In this document: positions 1 through 13,690 of the stretch, piece by piece
Position numbering within the stretch: the stretch's first letter is position 1
Layout: every line of letters starts with the position of its first letter
Assembly: GCA_951406725.2 (NCBI GenBank)
Contig: OX597818.1
Span: forward strand, 110,732,001 to 110,796,000
Source: Octopus vulgaris
Lineage: Eukaryota
Direction: 5' to 3'
DNA: 64,000 nt
Made by a program: the position numbers and the translations under genes
Notes under the pieces: model-generated
What the model was told of the DNA's origin: nothing
The model's database searches: none
Seen by the model: the letters and a program-made list of their open reading frames with translations, nothing else

Positions 1-703
1 CCAAAGCACCACACAATAGAACTGAACCCAGATCCACGTGGTTGGGAGGCAAGCTTCTTACCACATATAAAAATTATATGACCAATTTACATACAAAATA
101 AAATATTCTGCCAGCCCTGAAAATTATTGATCTTTCACACCCATTGCTTTTCTTCTCTCTGAAGACAATTTCTTTTCGCTGAATGACCGTTTCTCATTCA
201 AGAAGACTGTTTTTATTGTTTAACTTTTACTTCTGTCAGTTGTTGGACTGTGGTCATGCTGGGGCACCACCTCGAAAAATTTAGAAGAACAAATTGCCCC
301 TTGCTCTTACTGTTAAGCCCAGTACATATTCTAGCAGCCTCTTTCTGCCAAACTGCTAAGTTATGTGGACATAAATAAACCAACACCAGTTGTGAAGCAG
401 GTGGTGGGGATACACAAACACACACACACACATATATATATATAAAACCATCAAGTCAGGTGGTATAAGAGGTGAATATATATTTAACCATGGGACTTCC
501 ATAAGATTACAGCTGTTTTGCAATAGAACGTCTTTTATTCTTTTGCTTGTTTCAGGCATTTGACTGTCACCATGCTGGAACACTGCCTTTAGTCAAACAA
601 ATCATTCCATCGGTCTTTTTTGCTGAACCACTAAGCTACAGTGACTTGAACACACCAACATCAGTTATCAAGTGATGGTGGAGAGACAAACACAGACATA
701 CAA

Positions 704-775
<72 letters not shown>

Positions 776-788
776 ATATATATATATA

Positions 789-993
789 TTAGGTTGGTAC
801 ATAATTATTATGGCTTTTTTTTCAATAAATTTTATTCAACATAAAATTTAAACAAAACGCCAAGCAGAAATTGAAGTAGATGGTGAATATGCTCCAGAAT
901 AACCATTTAAATATGTTTTTGCTACATGTTGTTATTGTTTTTGTTGAATAAAATTTATTGAAAAAATGCCACAATAATTATTCACGAACCTAA
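789..993. mobile_element. Mariner-derived MITE
   Basis: Long TIRs (TTAGGTTGGTACATAATTATT... / ...AATAATTATTCACGAACCTAA) with TA on both sides; interior retains a mariner-type C-terminal remnant (EIEVDGEYAPE*). Confidence 0.75.
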
Positions 994-1719
994 TATATAA
1001 TATATATGATATATATATATATATATATACATCAGGGTTTTTTCAGTTTCTGTCTGCCAAATCCATTCACAAGGCTTTGGTCACCCCAAAGCTATAGTAG
1101 AAGACACTTTCCCAAGGTGCCATACAGTGGATCTGAACCTGGAACCATGTGGTTAGAAAGCAAGATTCTTACCACACAGCCATGCCTGAGCCTATAATAC
1201 ATATGTGTGTGTGTGTGTATGTATATGCATGTATATGTATATATATGTATATAAATGTATATACATAGATACGTGCATACATACATACACACATACATAT
1301 GTGTACGATGTGCTTCTTTCAACTTACATCTACCAAATCCACTCACAAGATTTGGTCATTCCAGAGCTATAGTAGAAGACATTTGCCTAAGCTGTCTTGG
1401 AGCAGTATTGAACCTGGAACTATGTGGTTGGAGCCATACCACTTTAAATTTTAAGCAGAAATACACTGTAAACTGTGAGAGTTAACCACTGTCATAATGT
1501 GTAGTGTCTATACAAGGAATTTCTGCTTTCCTATCCGTGTTCATTACATGTAAATAAGGAGCACCGGAACCAGAAAAAGAAACTGGAAAAGAAGGACAGA
1601 GATGCTAGCAGTAAAGAAAAAAAAGAAAAAGTAGAGACTGAGAGAAGAAAATAAAAATGGAAAATTAGATGTGGCAACTCTGGAATCCCAATGTGAAGAA
1701 AAGCAATTTGGAAAAGGAT

Positions 1720-2030
1720 ATGCTGTAATGCTGTTACGAAATTTTAATAAGGTTAATGGACTTTGCAATGGAAGAAAAATTTCAATCACCAATTTCTATG
1801 AATGCATGAGTGAAAACGATATTGTAACTAAAGGGGAACATTCTGGAAAACAAGTCATTGTACCAAGAATTAAACTGGAATCTTCTCTCACCACTCAGCC
1901 ATTCCCCACCCTTATGTGTTTGCAGTTTCCAGTTCAATAAAACTCGGTGCTAGTCATGGAGCAAATTCGCTTCATTCTTCCCAGTTGATCCATTTTCACA
2001 TGGATAATTGTACAGAATTCTGTCAGGAAA
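1720..2030 (+). pseudogene. Helitron PIF1-like helicase fragment
   Basis: ORF 1671-1940 reads VMLLRNFNKVNGLCNG...GEHSGKQVIVPRIKL...QFPV, followed by degenerate FSHG*LY; these are Helitron/PIF1 C-terminal motifs. Confidence 0.75.
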
Positions 2031-2759
2031 TAAAAAGGGTAAAGCAAGTATAGTGACAGTGCAGCGAAAAAAGGAGCCCAACATTGGGTTTCTTATGGAA
2101 AGCTTTTGGTGTTAATATTTTCTTCTTAACTTTTATATTATCCAGATAAATTTGTATGCTTTTGTATTTCTGTTTTACCTTACATGTTTATCATCATTTT
2201 CCATCATCATCATCATCATCATCAATAATGATAACAGCTGCTGCTGCCAAGCAAAGCTAGAATGATTATATTCACATTCATTATATTAAGGTTGTGTGTC
2301 AGGAGAGAAAGGCAAACTTATGTATCTTGGTAAGATGACAATATGGAAATGTGAGTGAATTTATGTTGTAAAAGTTAAATTCTATGACTATTGCTCTGGT
2401 CGATCTATAGCCCAGGAGCAGTAAACAGTTCTCATTCAAAAACAGGCAACAATTTTTGTGGCCTGCTTTTTCTTTCTGTTATAGTCAGGAATCTGTTTTG
2501 TTTGAAGAAGGAAGTGTAGATGTGAAGGCAACCCTATGGTTGCTGCAGATGAGTGTGTTTCCTTTCCATTCTTAGAGAGGTGTAGATGATGAGTCCAGTG
2601 ATTTAGGGGTCACTCTGGTGACACAGGAGCTACTGGATCATGTCTTTTCTCCTCTTCCATTCTGGGCAAGCTCTTCACCAGGACCCCACCCCACCTCACC
2701 AGCCATGCCACCCACAACAAGTCAGATCCATGCTCAATCTATCTACCACCATCCATATT

Positions 2760-3400
2760 TTTGTCCTTCACCTCATCCTTGGAAGATCTCAGGATTTCTG
2801 CAAAGATCACCGCCTCTACATCACCTTCGTTGATCTCATGGCAGCTTTTGACATGGTCAACCATGCATCCCTCTAGAAAATTCTCAAATTCATCAGCGCA
2901 CCTCCCAAGGTCACCCCACCACTCCCATTCCAATGGCTCTGTTGCAGTGCTGAGAGCTGTGTATGCATAGACAGAAAGGACTCTGACTAGTTCCCCATCA
3001 ACAACAGGTTCAGACAGAGCTGTGTGACCATCCACGACCTCTTCAACTGTGTCATCGATTATCTGATGACCAAGGTCTGTGAGTAAGTCTCTGGTGTTAC
3101 CTTTGGGAACTACCGCCTTACTGACCTGGAGTATGTGTACAACACCAATCATTTCAGCAACTTGATTAACATGCTCATGGACACACTGACCATACAGAGA
3201 GAAGAAACAGCAAAGCTTGACTTTCAGATGAGTTGGGTGAAGACTAAGCTGATGCATGTCAGAGATGGGCCAGACCTTTCCCCTCTCCATATTGGTCCCG
3301 ATGTTATGAAGTTCGTCAGCCCCTTCATCTACCTTGACTCCACAGTCACCAACTGCAGATGTGGTCTGGCTACCAGGGTCATGTACTCTCTATACAAGTC
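2760..3400 (+). mobile_element. Degenerate non-LTR (LINE) reverse transcriptase fragment
   Basis: LYITFVDLMAAFDMVNH (FxDxxxAFD), LFNCVID, decayed YADD (DLEYVYN), KTKLM, FIYLDS; many stops and frameshifts. Confidence 0.75.
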
Positions 3401-3549
3401 TCAAGTGTAACAGGCCGAAACTGTAGTGATAATTGGAAAACTTGACTGATGAATAGAAAGCCACGAATGTTCCATCCTGGTTTTCCTGTCCGTCCTTATA
3501 TGTTTTCATTGTTGTCCGTTACGTGCTTGTTTCGTTTTTTATTTATTTG

Positions 3550-6500
3550 TGTAGGGGTGGGCTATGAGCTGTTTTGACTGCTATTTCTAGCAATAACTGG
3601 TGAGCCCGATTATAGAGCAACAGTTCTCGCTATCGAAATAGACATGGCAAGCGATCACAAAACAACACTGAAGCTACGATTCTAGCCTAAGAGGGCTGAA
3701 CTATGATTCACGTAGGCGGAAGTTCAATTTAACATAAGCAAAATAACTGCAGACCTAATTAAATATTCGTATGTTATAGCGGCAGTGGATGAAGATACGG
3801 CAACAAAGATGCTGGACATTTTAACCCAACCCCCAGCAACGTACAAATACACCACATTGAAATACAGACTGGTGAGTACATTCCAGTGCAGCGAAAGAGA
3901 AGCGGCTGCCAAGATACTGGAGGAGGAATTAGGCGATTCTAAGTCTTCGGAGTTGATGGACAAGATGTTGGCATTAGCTCCCCACGGTGAGTCACCTTCC
4001 CTTTTTTTAGGGGAATATTCCTCCGCAAGTTACCATCCTAGGTCCAGGCCCTCATAACTCAGACCCAGATCAAGGACATACTGCAATTAGCGAAAGCAGC
4101 TGACAAGCATTTTTTTATCCAATGGTGTTATGGTCAACACCATAGGGTCGGCTCCGAGACATGGTAGAATTAAACAAGACGACCTGTGCTTCTACTACAC
4201 AAAGTTCAGGAAAATGGCTAGAAAGTGCAAACAACCATGTAGCTTCGGGACTTCTTCACCATTGGCCCAGGGAAATTCCAGGGCCGACCGTCATTGAATG
4301 CCCTGGTGGCCGGCAGACACGATCAACTGCTCCTCTGTGTCCGCAATCGGAGCTCCGGGCGTAGGCTCCTAATCGACACAGGAGCAGAAATCAGCGTGAT
4401 CCCAGCATCGGCAAAGGACTTCCGTTACGGAAAGCGGAGTCAGCCTTTAACAGCCGCCATCGGGTCCACAATCGAGGTATACGGTCGCTGCCTCCTTTCT
4501 CTCAGCATCAATTCACAAAAATACACATGGGCATTCACCATCGCCGATGTCCACCAGCCCATTACCGAGGCAGACGTTATTCGATCACACTTGCTACTGG
4601 TTGATTTGCGGGGCAGACGATTCATCAACAGTAACGCATACGCATCCGTATTTCTGACAATATCTCCACATACCGCCACCCCCGCATAGCAACCGTCTCT
4701 CAGACCGAGAACGAATTCCCGAATCTCCTTGTGAGGTGCCCCAATCTCACTACCCCGACATTTTCCAAACCTACAGCCCACCACGGGGTAACACACCGCA
4801 ACCCTACCATGGCCACCCCCTCCCCCAGTGCATAGCCGCACACGTCATCTATCACCAGACAAATTTGCTATTGCAATAGCTGAGTTTGACAATATGGAGG
4901 TGTTGAGCATAGTTCGCCGATCAAACAGTCCTTGGTCGTCACCTCTGCATGTAACAGCGAAACCCAACGGAGGTTATCGGCCCTGCGGAAATTACCGCCG
5001 TCTCAACGCAGACACGACATCTGACCGCTACCCCCATTTTGCACATACAGGATCTCTCAGCCCAGCTAGCCGGATGCTCGGTTTTCTCGAAGGTCGACCT
5101 CATCCGAGATTACCACTAAATACAAGTACAAGATGGCGATGTACCGAAAGCCGCTGTAATCACTCCTTTGGGTTTGTAAGAATTCCAACGTACACCCTTT
5201 GGCAGCACAATCCTTCAAACGCTTGATGGACACCGTGTGCACGAGTCTTGAGTTCTTCTTTGCATATACTTAGATAATATCCTTATTGCAAGCCAAAATG
5301 CGGAGCTACACAAGAAGCACCCAGTGACACTTTTTGATAGACTGGAACAGTATGGTCTAGTACTCAACCCCGCCAAGTATGTTTTGGGTATTACAGAAAT
5401 CGACTTCTTTGGACATCGAATCACAGGTGACGGCGTTACACTCCTGCCAGAAAAAGTGAAAGCTATCCTATCATTTTCGTGCCCTACCAAAGCAAGGTTC
5501 TACACCAATTTGTGAGCATGGTAAACTTTTACCATCGCTTCATCCCTTCTGCGGCAAGAGTGATGGGACCCCTATACAAGGCACTGTCAAAAGAGGGTTC
5601 AATAAGATAGGTGGTGTGGGATAGAATAATGACTACAGCCTTCGAATTCACAAAACAAGCCCTGGCTAAAGCAACTAGCCTTATATGTCAACTTGGACTG
5701 CACTCACAGTTGATGCCTCCGATAGAGCCATTGGGGTGGGGGTTGGAACAACACATCAACAGTCAGTGGCGACCACTCGCCTTCTTCAGCCGACAACTAC
5801 GATCCCCTGAACAGAAATTCAGTGCTTTTGACAAGGAACTACTGGCTGTCCATCTAGGTGTCCGTCACATTTGCTATTTCCTTGAAGGCCGCACGTTTAC
5901 AGTCTTCACATACCACAAACCACTCACCTTTGCTATGAGCAAGCTCTCGGAGCCTTTGTCTGCACGCCAGCAACGACAGCTATCGGCCATTTCTGAGTAC
6001 ACCACGGACATCCAACACAAAGCCGGCAAGGGCAATCCAGTTTCCGACGCCTTTACCAAGCCCTAATAACGGAAGGCCTGGATTACCAGGCTATGGCTGC
6101 AGCCCAATAGACATATGACAAGATCAGGGCCTACCACACTGCCATCACGTCACTTTCATTGCAGGATGTGCATTTTGGCTCTAACGGCACAACCCCACTG
6201 TGTGATGTATCCACTGGAAAGCCATGACCAATCGTCCCATTACCCTGGCGCAGGATAGTTTCGACGGTATTCACGGGCTGTCCTACCCAGATACTAAAGC
6301 TATACGGTGCCTGCTGTCAAGCAAATTTATCTGGTACGGTATGCCCAAGCAAATTGGAGAGAGGGCCAGGACCTGCATCCCCTGTCAACAAACCAAGGTG
6401 TCCCAAACAGCATCTCATCCGATCGGGGCCCACTATTCACCTCAAATCTGTAGAATGACATGTGCGACCTTTTTAGAATCACAATGAACCGCACAACAGC

Positions 6501-7304
6501 CTACAATCCACAAGCCGTGGATGATACTGGAAATCCGCACCGCTCCAAAAGAAAATTTCAACACTTCCTCCGCAGAAATTGTGTATGGTGCCTCTCTTAC
6601 AGTGCCAAGAGAGTTCCTTTTGAATACGACATCAAACCCGGATGTTGAAAGGTACCTCATTCAACTGAGAGACAGCGTGGGTCAGTTGTGCTCTATATTC
6701 CGATGTCAACACACGGTACACCCAGTTCATCCGCACCGAACGAACTCCGGGTGGCGAACTTTTAGCTTGTTCGACGTGACACTCGAAGAAAACTCGTCCA
6801 GTCACCCTACGATGGTCCGTATGAAGTCATACGTCCAAGAGACAAATCATTTCAACTCCTAATTGGCGGATGACAGGACACAGTTTCCATCGATAGGTTG
6901 AAACCGGCCCATCTCGATATTGACAGTCGCATTCAGGTAGCCCAACCACCAAACAGGGTCCGCCCCAGGCAGATCACACCAACCCTTAGTAAAGAACACT
7001 CACCAAAGAACCGAGTAACCACACGCACGAGCAGGACAATTAAAAGGCCTTCCCGTTTCCAATAACAGTCATTTATAATGGGGGTAAGGAGCTATGTAGG
7101 GCAGGATTTATGACAGACGAACTGTAGACAGGAACTTCGCTGCGGGCTAGCTAGGGAGTTGATCAGCAGCGAAGAAGACTTCCGGTAGAGCGGGTTTTGG
7201 AGAACCAGAAGCAACTGGTGATTGTCGCCCCGATGTACTTAAAGGAAAAGATATTTCATTAACAAATTTTCATCTCCAAGTGTTTATTTGTATGTAGCTT
7301 AACA
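3550..7304 (+). mobile_element. Decayed Ty3/Gypsy LTR retrotransposon (CsRN1-like by gag/PBS pattern)
   Basis: PBS-like TGGTGAGCCCGA at ~3598; gag from ATG 3644 (F*P..AEL*F..AEVQF...IT.D..KY.YV); protease LIDTGAEISVIP; RT SPWSSPLH, YRPCGNYRRLN, YLDN; RNase H WRPLAFFSRQL...FDKELLAV; integrase HHCC remnant (HGLSYP...CIPCQQTK); PPT ~7080; 3' LTR candidate 7095-7304 (TG...CA). Confidence 0.9.
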
Positions 7305-7572
7305 AAGTTATGCCCATCGTATTTATTTATATATATATTTGTGTCCGTGTTTGTCCCCCACCATCACTTGACACCGATGTTGGTGTGTTTACGTCCCTGT
7401 AACTTAGCTATTCGGAAAAAGAGACAGATAGAATAAGGACTAGGCTTACAAAGAATAATTCCTGAGGTCGATTTGTTCGACTGAAGGTGGTGCTCCAGCA
7501 TGGCCGTAGTCAAATGACTGAAAGAAATAAAGTTATATACATATATATACACATACACACACACATATACAA

Positions 7573-8224
7573 GAAGGGCGGCGAGCTGGCAGAATCGTTA
7601 GCACGTTGGGCGAAATGCTTAGTCGTATTTCGTCTGCCGTTACGTTCTGTGTTCAAATTCCGCCGAGGTCGACTTTGCCTTTCATCCTTTCGGGGTCGAT
7701 TAAATAAGTACCAGTTACGCCCTGGGTTCAATATAATCGACTTAATAACTATGTCTGTCCTTTTTTCTCCTCTCTGTGTTTAGCCCCTTGCGGGTAGTAA
7801 AGAACAAGGTATTTCGTCTGCCATTACGTTCTGAGTTCAAATTCCGCCGAGGTCGACTTTGCCTTTCATCCTTTTGGGGTCGATTAAATAAGTACCAGTT
7901 ACGCACTGGAGTCGATATAATCGACTTAATCCATTTGTCTGTCCTTGTTTGTCCTCTCTGTGTTTAGCCCCTTGTGGGTAGTAAAGAAATAGGTATTTAT
8001 AAGGCGGCGAGCTGGCAGAAACGTTAGCGCGCCGGGCGAAATGCTTAGCGGTATTCCGTCTGCCGCTACGTTCTGAGTTCAAATTTCGCCGAGGTCGACT
8101 TTGCCTTTCATCCTTTCGGGGTCGATTAAATAAGTACCGGTTACGCACTGGGGTCGATGTAAACGACTTAATCCCTTTGTCCGTGTTTGTCCCCTCTGTG
8201 TTTAGCCCCCTGTGGGCAATAAAG

Positions 8225-8228
<4 letters not shown>
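7573..8228 (+). mobile_element. Tandem cluster of tRNA-headed SINEs with Meta-like core (~3 copies)
   Basis: Repeated GGCGGCGAGCTGGCAGAA...GTTCAAATTCC...GCCTTTCATCCTTTCGGGGTCGATTAAATAAGTACC. Same family at ~15840-16000, 32746-33175, 34290-34517(-), 41600-42250, 42410-42605. Confidence 0.8.
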
Positions 8229-8265
<37 letters not shown>

Positions 8266-8833
8266 CACGTCTGTGTGTGTGTATTGATGTATACTAATCC
8301 ATTAAAATCCAAACTAAACAAAAGTCGTATGTTAATGGTAAGTGATGATTTGATTTTGAAAGTGAACTGGGGTAAATGAATGATAAAAGTCGGCAAAATA
8401 AAATGAAACAGGTTTACAATGAGGTGGGGTTAAAAGTCAGAAACTTATGGAGAGTGAAAGCGAAAGAGAGAGAGAGAGAGAGAGAAAGGGAGATGTTTAT
8501 CTCTATGTCGACATATGCATCCATATGCAGTTATGTCGATTACATATAATGATATAAAAGTGCTGATGCTAACAGGAAATATTGAGCTCAAAACATGAGT
8601 AAGTGCCAACGCAAGAAACTCTCGGCCCTTGTGTCGCTCTATTAGTTCCGCTAAATATTTATAAAAATATACCTATACTCATGTTTTGAGTTCTACTTTG
8701 GCTGTTTGCACCAACATACCTACATATATATATATATATACATATAGCATAAGGAACTGGCTCAAAGAGTTTAGTGCGTTACCACCAATCAAACTTCAGT
8801 TCGGGCATTGAGTCACTCTGCTGCTTCAGCTAA

Positions 8834-8867
<34 letters not shown>

Positions 8868-9007
8868 CTATATATATATATATATATGATAGATTGTCTT
8901 GTGAACGAGAAATGAGACTTCAGTAAAATAAGGCATTGATCAACGTTCAATGGACAAGAATATATATATATATATATATGTGTGTGTGTAATGTCCATGT
9001 CTGTATG

Positions 9008-9038
<31 letters not shown>

Positions 9039-9119
9039 TTATGCATGCATACACATACGTAGATGCCTGCATACCTATACACACATATACACCAGGCTTT
9101 TATACATCTATTCACACAT

Positions 9120-9273
9120 AGGAACGCCCGTGACGAGGGGGAGAGGGGGAGGAAAGAAGCCAAAGCCGAAGCCGCCGCTGCTGCTGCTGCTACCGCCGCG
9201 ACGCTATATTTCATCCTCCTCCTCCTCCTTCCCCCCGCCTCCCTCCCCCTGTCTGCTTCGTTTTCGAACGCAG
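9120..9273 (+). promoter_or_regulatory. GC/CpG-rich island, candidate promoter and non-coding first exon of the + strand RING gene
   Basis: Non-TE CpG-rich patch with (GCC)n/(CTG)n/(CCT)n, ending in CAG|GTTAAA; another donor-like CTG|GTAAGT at ~9809; lies upstream of acceptor 13055 and ATG 13062. Confidence 0.4.
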
Positions 9274-12200
9274 GTTAAAGAATTGCCTCCTTCTTGTGCG
9301 TATGGCTTTCCATATTATTATTATTAATATCAATATTGATAATCGTTATTATCGTCATTATTATTTATCCTCATTATTGTTGTTGTTGTTGCCAGACACC
9401 TTTAATTTTTTACATTTAACTCCACTTTGTTGCCTCAAATTTCTCGCCGCTCCTTTTTCACTCTAAATTATTCTTGAAAGAAACCTTGCGACTTTTTGTT
9501 TAAATAATTTTAATAATAATTAATCCATTCAAACCCAAAACCTGTTCCATGTCGTCTTCCTCGTTGACCGACACTCGGGAAACATTTCTCATTTTATTCT
9601 TACACCTTGCTCTCTAACACTTATTTTTTTTTTTGTCATATTAAATGGCTTGTTATTTTTAAAGAACAAAAATATAATTTATATTTATAATTCAAAGACG
9701 AAAACCCAAAAAATATTGAATATTTTTTCTTGTCTCCTCAACTTTAAAAGAAACCCGACATAAACTGTTTTGGCCAAAACTCCTCGCTAATATTTTTTCC
9801 TTTTATCTGGTAAGTTTTTCATTATATTATTCTATATTTTTCAAACTTTTTTTTATCTAAATCTTTGTTCTTTCATTCAAAAATATCTTAGAAAAAAAAA
9901 ACATTATTTTCAGTGAAATATTCTCTATTTTACTTGACTTCCATTTGAGCCATTTCACTTGCTCTTCTTAAACCAACTTTTAAGTAAATTCTATTTAGAC
10001 AACCTATTGTTTTATTTATTTAAATGTTACACTAAAAGTAGATGAGAATATTTTTTCCATATATTTCCCATAAACTCTTCAACAAACAATCAAAATCAAT
10101 ATTCTTTCCAAACGGTTTGTATGACATTGTAATTTTTCAAACCATTTTACAGCTTTGTCATTCTTTCATTTTCTCTCCCACATACACACTAATTTTTCTT
10201 TGAATAATTTTCCAGAAACTTCGTTTTTTATTGAATTCCTCTTTCCTGCCAACCACAACAGTTGTCAGTGTTTTTATTGTATAATCCTCCAAAGTGCTCT
10301 GCGTCTTGCAGCCATTGACATCGTCTGCCTCCTTCAATAATGGCCACAACATACAAAAGGCATTGAGACATCGTCTGCCTCGCTCAATAATGGATAGATA
10401 TATATATAATATATATATAATATACATACATATATTTATATATTATGTATATAATGTCTGTTCCAGACAGACGTCGTATGTCGTCGTCGTCGCTTTTACC
10501 TTTTATTTCTCACAAATGGCTATCGTTCACTTTTCACGCCATTTCATACTTTATACATCTCAATTCGTTTCTGCCACATTTCTATCACTTCTATTGAAAT
10601 ATTTTGTATGGAATTATTTTTAAATGCCCCCCGATATCCCCCCCCCCCTTTTTTTGTTTTTCACTGAACAGCTTTATTATTATTATTTTTGCTTTATATA
10701 AATTTCCTTTCCATCTTTGCTACCAATAAAAATATATTTACCTTTCAAATTGGGATAAAATGTTGGTGAAACTCTCAACTTTGTGTAATTACCATTTGAG
10801 CCAAATGGTTCGTATTAGTATGGCGCATTTGTCAGTTCGAATCCCGCCAAGGTAAACTTTTCCATGTTTCATTTTAGTGGTGGGTTTGGGGGAGACGATG
10901 AAATAACAAGATTGTTACCGAATACTTTTGGAATTCACACCGCAAATGTCTTCCCTTGAGACGACCAAGAGGAGCCAATCGTTCAATACGCTAGAAATAG
11001 CTGTTCAGATCTCTCTTGAATCCTATCCTACCGTTGGTAATGAAGGACATTGGATATATATGTGAAAATAGTTTGAATAAAAAGACTATGGTCACGACTG
11101 GAACGTCTTTTGGTGGGTCGACCTGGGGATAAACAACAAACGCCATTTGTTAAAAATGTCCATTTTTCTATCAAGTGTTTCACTTCGAAAATGGAAAACC
11201 TGTTTTAGTCTCGGTTATTTTTGTTTAGCTCCATGGTAGCGCCAATTGAGCGTCACCCATCTTTTTGTATATTTAGGACCCCTTTTTTTTCTTTTTAAGA
11301 TATGTGACTTAAGGGAGATTTGATCCCGGCCACCATATCTCAGCTCTTTCTTTGATCTTTTGGAATTAAAGGTGAGAAGCAGTCGATTCTCTTTGAGGTT
11401 TACCTGTCATAAAATAGTTTATCGACTTGAAATATCAGTGAAGAAGATTTAGTCCAACCTCAACACTTGGCAGTTATTTTATCGAACCGTAGTGGAATCC
11501 TTTTTAGATTTTAGAAAATGTCTTTGACAAGTGACATTGCTTAATTTTTGTATTTGTTCCTGGGTGTTTTTGACCATAAACTTCGCCGTCTACTAAATGG
11601 AAATTGGCCTAGGATAAAAAGCAGATATTTCAGATAAGGGAAGAAGCATTAGAATCCCAAGAAACCAGCGGTTGTCCTTGTGTTTTGGTAACTAGCAGCA
11701 AATCCAAGTTGTTTTGAGTGGAATAAATCTAGTTTGCCATGAGAAAGTCGAGGGGTCATTGTTCTGAGACTTGGAAATAATAATTAAAGATTACCAATTC
11801 TAAATGATAGAACCAGGAGCTGTCTCTGTTTAAATTTTGACAAAGCTTTTTTCTTGATAATTTAATTAGCTTGTGTAATTAATTAGGCGGTCTTTCGTTA
11901 CAAGAACACACGACTGCTAGTTACAAACAGGTGTTCCAGCAACTGGAATAACAACGGAAGTTTATTCATTGAAATTAATGTAAGCGGATTATCTTGTAGG
12001 CAATTGTTTAATCCTCACAATGTGACAAATATGGCCTCTAAGGTTACCTTAGGAGACACTTGCCCAAAACGTCGTGGTGGTGGTGGAATCGAACCCGGGA
12101 CTTCATCATTGCAAAGCTAATAATTGTTGAAAAGGAAAAATGTAAATTCTATTTTCGTGGTCTGTGAGAGGAAAAAAAAAATATTAACTTCTTAAAACAG

Positions 12201-12467
12201 TTTAAATTAGGCCTACACAACTGACTTCAAAGAAAATGCTTGTGCAAATATTCTGGTTTATTGACTGAACTCCAAATCTTCCATTTACAAACCATAACTG
12301 TGTTAGCGGCAGGAGTCAATCTGCCGGGGATAGTAGCCAAATCTTCCTCAATATACCCCATTTTCAATAAAAGACTACACTGAATAGAAGAAAAAGGCCA
12401 AGTTCCTAGACCTGGTGGAATCCAAGACTCAAAAAGTTATAAACTATTGAAAGTCTTTCACTTTAAT

Positions 12468-12706
12468 CAGTAGTTCTCAGCCTTTTTTTTTTTTTCTTTT
12501 CTTCACCTATTCTTTGATTCATACTCTACTGGACCCTTATAGCCATTCAGTGTTTGAAAAGGAACCCTATTTTTAGAATTAAGTATCGTATAAAAAATTT
12601 TAATTTTGTGTAATGTTGAAGTATAACCAATTTATTGTCCATAAACTGAAACAATCTTATGTGGACCCTGAAGAATGGTCGTAGGGACCACGGTTGAAAA
12701 CCCTTG
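12468..12706. mobile_element. hAT (Charlie-like) MITE
   Basis: Ends CAGTAGTTCTCAGCC / GGTTGAAAACCCTTG with imperfect 8-bp AT-rich flanks. Confidence 0.55.
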
Positions 12707-13061
12707 ATTTAAATGACTTTTTTTTTTCACCGAGAATATTTTAGATTTTGAGGCTTTAAATAGAAATTTTTTTCCTATAAATCTTTGAAAAGGAAATTTC
12801 TAAAGAGGTACCTTAAGCCTGCCATCAATGTCTGGTTTATCATTGTTCTGTATTCGTGATTAGTTTCCATTAACTTAATTTACCACCTCTGTTTTATGGA
12901 TAGCGGCTACTTCCAGACTTGTACTCATCATTCCTAGTGACTCATCCTTTCAATTCTGATCTGAACTGAACCCCAAAGTTTTCTTTGAACCTCTTTTTCC
13001 TATGAAAGTGACTTGTTTCGGTTTTGTTTTTTTAAACACTTTGGTTTTCTTTAAGATAAGA

Positions 13062-13318
13062 ATGTATGCATCTCCACTGCGTGACGCCTTGCTGCCATCC
13101 AACCGGAATAATGGAGCGGATTCTAGTTTCCATCCTAGGTTTTCACTGTCACCTAACGAAAGTGCTGCAGAAACTGTGTCCCCTCCTACTTCTAATGTAT
13201 GCCTAAAGCCCCTAATGGGTTATCAACAAGGTGATGAGACGTACTATATTGCCAGTCAATGGCTTGGTCAAACTGATGCAGCAGTTAGCAATCTCCAGCA
13301 TAGTTCTTTAACCAACAG
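13062..13318 (+). CDS. DZIP3/TTC3-like RING-H2 protein, coding exon 1 (MYASPLRD...)
   Basis: Acceptor ttttctttaag ends 13055, ATG 13062, donor AG|GTAAGA; phase 2 matches next exon. Confidence 0.7.
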
Positions 13319-13484
13319 GTAAGAAATTTCTGTTACTACTATAAATGGGATTTTCATTGTAATTAGTTATGGGCAGGTATGGTTTTTGTCATGTATCATA
13401 TTGTTACATAATCAGATTTAGATAAAACTCATTGTGAACTGTCATTCCATTTATTATTAATGCTCTTTTTTTTTTTCCACTTAG

Positions 13485-13609
13485 GAAGTTGATCCATAAC
13501 ATTGACTACAAATTCTCAAGAACTAAAGAATTAAGTTTTGAAAATTCTCGTTATCATAATTACATGGCTGATTCTGATACCAATGCAAATTCTACAGAAA
13601 ATGTTTCGA
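13485..13609 (+). CDS. DZIP3/TTC3-like protein, exon 2
   Basis: Poly-T/ccacttag acceptor, A|GTAAGT donor, phase 2 to 1, open frame (KLIHNIDYK...ENVS). Confidence 0.75.
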
Positions 13610-13690
13610 GTAAGTTATTTTCAGAAATAAATTGTTTCTACCTTTCTTCTAAATACCTGTGTGTAATATAAACTTTCTCTCTCTTTATAG

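Noticed and set aside
8813-9327. Poly-Ala and YIYI/HTHT ORFs, and similar short ORFs throughout
   Set aside because: Translations of (TA)n, (CA)n, (GCC)n microsatellites and SINEs.
10315-10395. Short direct repeat GACATCGTCTGCCTC...CAATAATGG
   Set aside because: Only two ~27-bp copies, no supporting structure.
12055-12120. tRNA-like sequence on the minus strand
   Set aside because: Only a B box and partial arm followed by GGGCAAGTGTC; a SINE head remnant.
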